Part shown: piece by piece, positions 62,654 to 64,000 of the stretch
Numbering within the stretch: position 1 is the first letter of the stretch
Layout: every line of letters starts with the position of its first letter
From: Octopus vulgaris
Lineage: Eukaryota
Length of the DNA stretch: 64,000 nt
NCBI GenBank assembly: GCA_951406725.2
Contig: OX597823.1
Location: 71,362,001 to 71,426,000 of the forward strand
Direction: 5' to 3'
Program-made: the position numbers and the translations under genes
The notes under the pieces: generated by a model
What the model saw: the letters and a program-made list of their open reading frames with translations, nothing else
What the model was told of the DNA's origin: nothing
Database searches by the model: none

Positions 62654-63048
62654 CTAGCAGTATCTCTCGGCGTTGCTCGGGTTTGTTTCGACCCTTTAGA
62701 ATTGGAACTTTTGAAAAGTAAAAATTTTGCATTATGTAGCTTGTTATTCTCTTTAAGTGAACATTTTTCTGGTTGAAATACACCGAAAAATGGTGACACA
62801 GCAGTCAAAAGATCGTAAAAAGTAGGGATTTTCAAAGAAAAAAAAGTACCTTTTTGATGTAAATAATTTTTGGTGTTAACATGGTCCGATTTGAATTTTA
62901 TCTTCTACGGAAGGAAGAGCAAGCCTTCTTCTAACATACTCTCAATTTTGGTCAACTTGTGTCACAGGGTCTCAGAGGAGATAGTGTTAGTTGAAGGCTA
63001 CCAAACCTGCCATACTCAGACAACTTCAGCTTTATATATACAGAGAGA
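62654..63048 (-). mobile_element. Non-autonomous Helitron-like element, copy 4
   Basis: TC...CTAG termini on the - strand, A/T insertion site; same family as 9096, 13165 and 44504. Confidence 0.82.
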
Positions 63049-63091
63049 TTTCTTGTTTGATGCTACTTTCATTATTTTCCTTTCATTTCAG

Positions 63092-63184
63092 TTTGATCAA
63101 GACTATGTAAATTTCATGAGTCAAATTGACTATCTGTGTTTGATGATACTCGTACTCATTGACAGCTGGATTGAAAGATTTTCT
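63092..63184 (+). CDS. DNAH5: Dynein heavy chain exon (FDQDYVNFMSQIDYLCLMILVLIDSWIERFS); gene continues beyond window
   Basis: catttcag acceptor, TCT|gtaagt donor, 93 bp phase 0-0; FDQDY motif directly continues the previous exon as in recalled DNAH5 (DFDQDYEEF). Confidence 0.9.
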
Positions 63185-63819
63185 GTAAGTTTAAAGATTA
63201 CCTAGTTTTATATACATTTTACTTCCAGTTATAAGTTTTTGCTAAATAATGTTTGATATCATTGAATGTTTGTATTTGTATGTGTGTGTGTGTATGCATT
63301 TGAAAGTACCCATGTTTACATGTATGCATGCATATACATAAATGTATCTTTTTACATGTGTGTGTGTATGTTTGTGTGTGTGTGTTTGTTTGTTTCTTCC
63401 TTCTTTCCTTTCTTCTTCCCTCCATCCCTCCCTCTCTTCCTTCCTTCCTTCCTTTCTTGAAAGTAAAAACTGGTCTGTCTCAATGTCCAGATAGATTATA
63501 TATGAATGATCTTTCACAGACTAGCCAACAACTCAAAGAACAATAGCTAAGCAACTTTTCCCAGTTAAAGACAGAGCAACATATTGAATGAACTAATATA
63601 TTCTTTTGGCAACAACTTCTCACAACAATGTAAGACAGATGAACAGGACATAATTGAATAAATTAGAAATTCTGATGTCATTTGAACCCTCAGATCAGGC
63701 ATCCTTCAACTCTACTATTGAAATTCTGCCAAGTCTGGCTTTCTAGATCATTGATGGCATTTTATCAGAACCATCTAGGTAGTAGATGAATGCTAGAAAT
63801 GCCGAAAGGTGACAGTAAG

Positions 63820-63985
63820 CTGGGCCAGCCCTAGGGTTGCTAGCACCCCAAGTAAGCTGAACTTCGGTGTGTACAAGTTGACAGTTGTGGAAATTTCCTT
63901 GTCTTTGTCACACCTTCCTTGGCACCCCCTAGCACATGGTGTCCCAGTTGACCGGCCTAGTTACCAGTACCTTGGGCCAGCCCTG
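63820..63985. mobile_element. hAT-type MITE
   Basis: Ends ctgggccagccct / tgggccagccctg (CAGGGCCGGCCC-like TIRs); cagtaag repeated immediately on both flanks. Confidence 0.55.
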
Positions 63986-64000
63986 CAGTAAGATACAAAC

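Overview
Eukaryotic (metazoan) genomic DNA: AT-rich, dense in microsatellites and dominated by repeats. The SINE, RTE and microsatellite content strongly suggests an octopus (coleoid cephalopod) assembly; this is inferred from recalled repeat families, not a search. The only host gene I can support is the 5' part of an axonemal outer-arm dynein heavy chain (DNAH5/DNAH8 type) on the + strand. Nine GT-AG exons (5746-63184) splice in phase and follow the N-terminal tail/DHC_N1 region. Roughly 150 aa expected between exons 4 and 5 are absent, next to a 100-N gap at 40945-41044. The introns hold RTE-clade LINE copies (with a C4HC3 PHD-type finger inside the RT and a 61-bp tandem array in the 3' UTR), many solo RTE 3' tails, a Neptune-type Penelope-like element, Tc1/mariner, pogo and hAT remnants and MITEs, four copies of a non-autonomous Helitron and three tRNA-type SINE families. 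The most unusual signals are the PHD finger in the RT, several fold-back inverted duplications centred on or embedded in (TA)n-type microsatellites (one with ~310-bp arms), and small hammerhead-ribozyme-like motifs. Most ORFs in the supplied track are microsatellite or repeat artefacts. No CRISPR, rRNA or bona fide tRNA gene was found, and I cannot claim a clearly new biological system.
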